Source: Octopus sinensis | Lineage: Eukaryota | DNA length: 64,000 nt | Direction: 5' to 3' | NCBI RefSeq assembly: GCF_006345805.1 | Contig: NC_043006.1 | Span: forward strand, 30,504,001-30,568,000 | Shown: positions 62,055 through 64,000 of the stretch, piece after piece | Numbering within the stretch: position 1 is the first letter of the stretch | Layout: every line of letters begins with the position of its first letter | The notes under the pieces: model-generated | Databases searched by the model: none | Seen by the model: only the letters and a program-made list of their open reading frames with translations | Told to the model about the DNA's origin: nothing | Translations under genes and position numbers: made by a program

Positions 62055-64000
62055 CTCATCGTTTAACATCTGCTTTCGATGCTGGCATGGGTGGGATGGT
62101 TTGGCAGAAGCCTGCACCAGACTTCTATGACTGTTTTGGCAGGATTTTTACATCTGGATGTCCTTCCTAACACCAATCACCCAACAGTAGACTTAGTGCT
62201 TTTTACATGACACAAGTACAGGTGAGGTCAGTTTTGGCAAGATTTTTACAGCTGGATGCCTTTCCAAGCGCCAACCACTTCACAGTGTGGACTGGATGCT
62301 TTATATGTGGCACCAGCACTGACAGGGTTACCAAGTAACTTGCGAGACAAAAATCTTTTGAGAGGGGAGATGGGCATTGGAGGAGGTGATCTTGTGTCAG
62401 TTGATGAAAGGTTATAATGAGGCAGAAACAGGCGTCTTGCTGTACAAGAGGTACAAGGTTACCCAGCTGGGGACGGGGACGGGTGAGAGATCAGGAATGA
62501 AGATGGAAACAGGTGTGCTGCCACAAATGATACACTGTTACCCCACCTGAGAGAAGTGGAGGCGAGAGTGGGGGGCAGCAGGATAGAGATGGTGGCAAAG
62601 TGCCAGGCATACTCACAAGGGATGGGGATCAGAATATAAATGGGGTGGCTGAGTAAAGGCAGAGAGTGATAGAGATGATGGCAAGTGCCAGGGAATATCC
62701 TTGAGGTTTGAAGGTCCTAATATAAGTGACAGGATATTGCCCAAGGAGAAGTGTGATTAGAGAGTGCAGAGAGGAAGTGAGTGGTGAAAACCTGGGTATA
62801 TAGTGGGTAGGGCTACCAGGTAGTAGTGATACAGATAAATATGGTCGTGGGGACAGGATTGGAGAGTGAGAAGTAGGCATAGTGTATGAAGGAGGAAATG
62901 TGAGGAAGAGAAGAGCTGTATATTGGTTTGTTGGGATAGGATGTGTGAAAAGTTTTCTTGTTACATGTGGCTGGAACACACGTCAGGGCATACCAGGCAG
63001 CAATGATACAGTGTGAAGAGGACAGGATTAAGGAGTGGGAGGTAAGCATAGTGCATAAAGTGGAAATGTAAGGTAGAGATGTAGTTTGGTTTGATGTGGT
63101 AGGATGTGTGAGAAGTTTTCTCGTTAAGTGTGGGTGGGACACACAGCGCTTCTAGAACTCAGTTTCGCTGATGTGGGCAGGTCTTCTCAAGAACCTCATA
63201 TCGCCAGACATCTTGGTCCATTGTCATTTCCTTCATGAGGCCCAACATCCTGAGATCAGTCCTTACCACTTCATCCCACGTCTTCCTGGGTCTCCTTCTT
63301 CAGCAGGTACCGTCCACTTTCAGTGATGGGCACTTCTTTATGCAGCTGTCCTCATTCATACACATCACATGTCCAAACCAGCATAGTCTTGCATACTACA
63401 TTTGATTTCTCTTATGCCCATCTTTTCTCTTAATACATGTGCACTGATGTTGCACATTCGACGGAGCATACTACCTTAATTTCTCTCCAGTCTATGCATG
63501 TCTTCTGCATTCAGAGCCCATGTCTTACTACCATTGGGTATAGCCATTCGTACACAAGCATCATATAATCCTACCTTTCACTCTGAGAGAGAGTTCTTTC
63601 ATTTCCAACAAGGTTGTAGCTTCACTTCCACCCTATTCTTATTTAAGAAACAATATTTTCAGAGCATCCTCCACCATTGCTTTTTTGGTCACCTAGGTAA
63701 CAGAAACTATCTACAACTTCAAGAGAGCCTCTTGAGCATTTGAGAAAATCTAATTCCTGTGTGCTGTTAGTGCTTATTGTTCCTGCACATTTGCCACATA
63801 AAAAGACTACTTTATCTGTTAATCTACCTGTGATTCCACTGTACCTCCTATGTGTCCAATAGCTTACGCTGGGTGCAGCAAATGGAATTTCTTCCAACTC
63901 CTATTCTACATATTGAATACTTGACAGGAAGAGTTTTTTCTTACTAACAACAACTTTGGTCTTTGCTGGGTTAACTTTAAACAACTTGTGTGGCAAAGGA
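62055..64000 (-). mobile_element. RTE LINE 3' part with long 3'UTR and tail
   Basis: WTHRRYSGITGRLTDKVVFLCGKC...LEVVDSFCYLGDQ, ORF end near 63190, purine-rich (plus strand) tract, and tail at 62055. Confidence 0.85.

Overview
AT-rich, repeat-dense animal genomic DNA. The SINE/RTE repertoire and microsatellite load suggest an octopus, which is my inference and not a database result. Two spliced genes sit head-to-head. (1) Minus strand: 5' part of an FBXL4 homolog, with 5 coding exons at 10128-10337, 9374-9464, 5731-5860, 3832-3924 and 1-117; it runs off the left edge. (2) Plus strand: 5' part of an IGF2BP/Imp homolog (RRM1-RRM2-KH1), with 7 exons at 23922-24093, 50947-51001, 55993-56099, 57766-57817, 59467-59515, 60672-60760 and 61875-61961; it runs off the right edge. 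All junctions were checked by hand for phase, and IGF2BP intron 2 needs a non-canonical GC donor. The rest is transposon-derived: a young CpG-rich CR1 LINE, many RTE fragments and RTE tails, tRNA-derived SINEs, a full-length dead mariner, hAT MITEs, foldback elements and Penelope-like remnants with decayed hammerhead motifs. I see no prokaryotic system or CRISPR array, and no clearly new multi-gene system. The best leads are RNA-structure and splicing features, a LINE/SINE tail pair with compensatory changes, and a possibly horizontally acquired CR1. TE boundaries are approximate.
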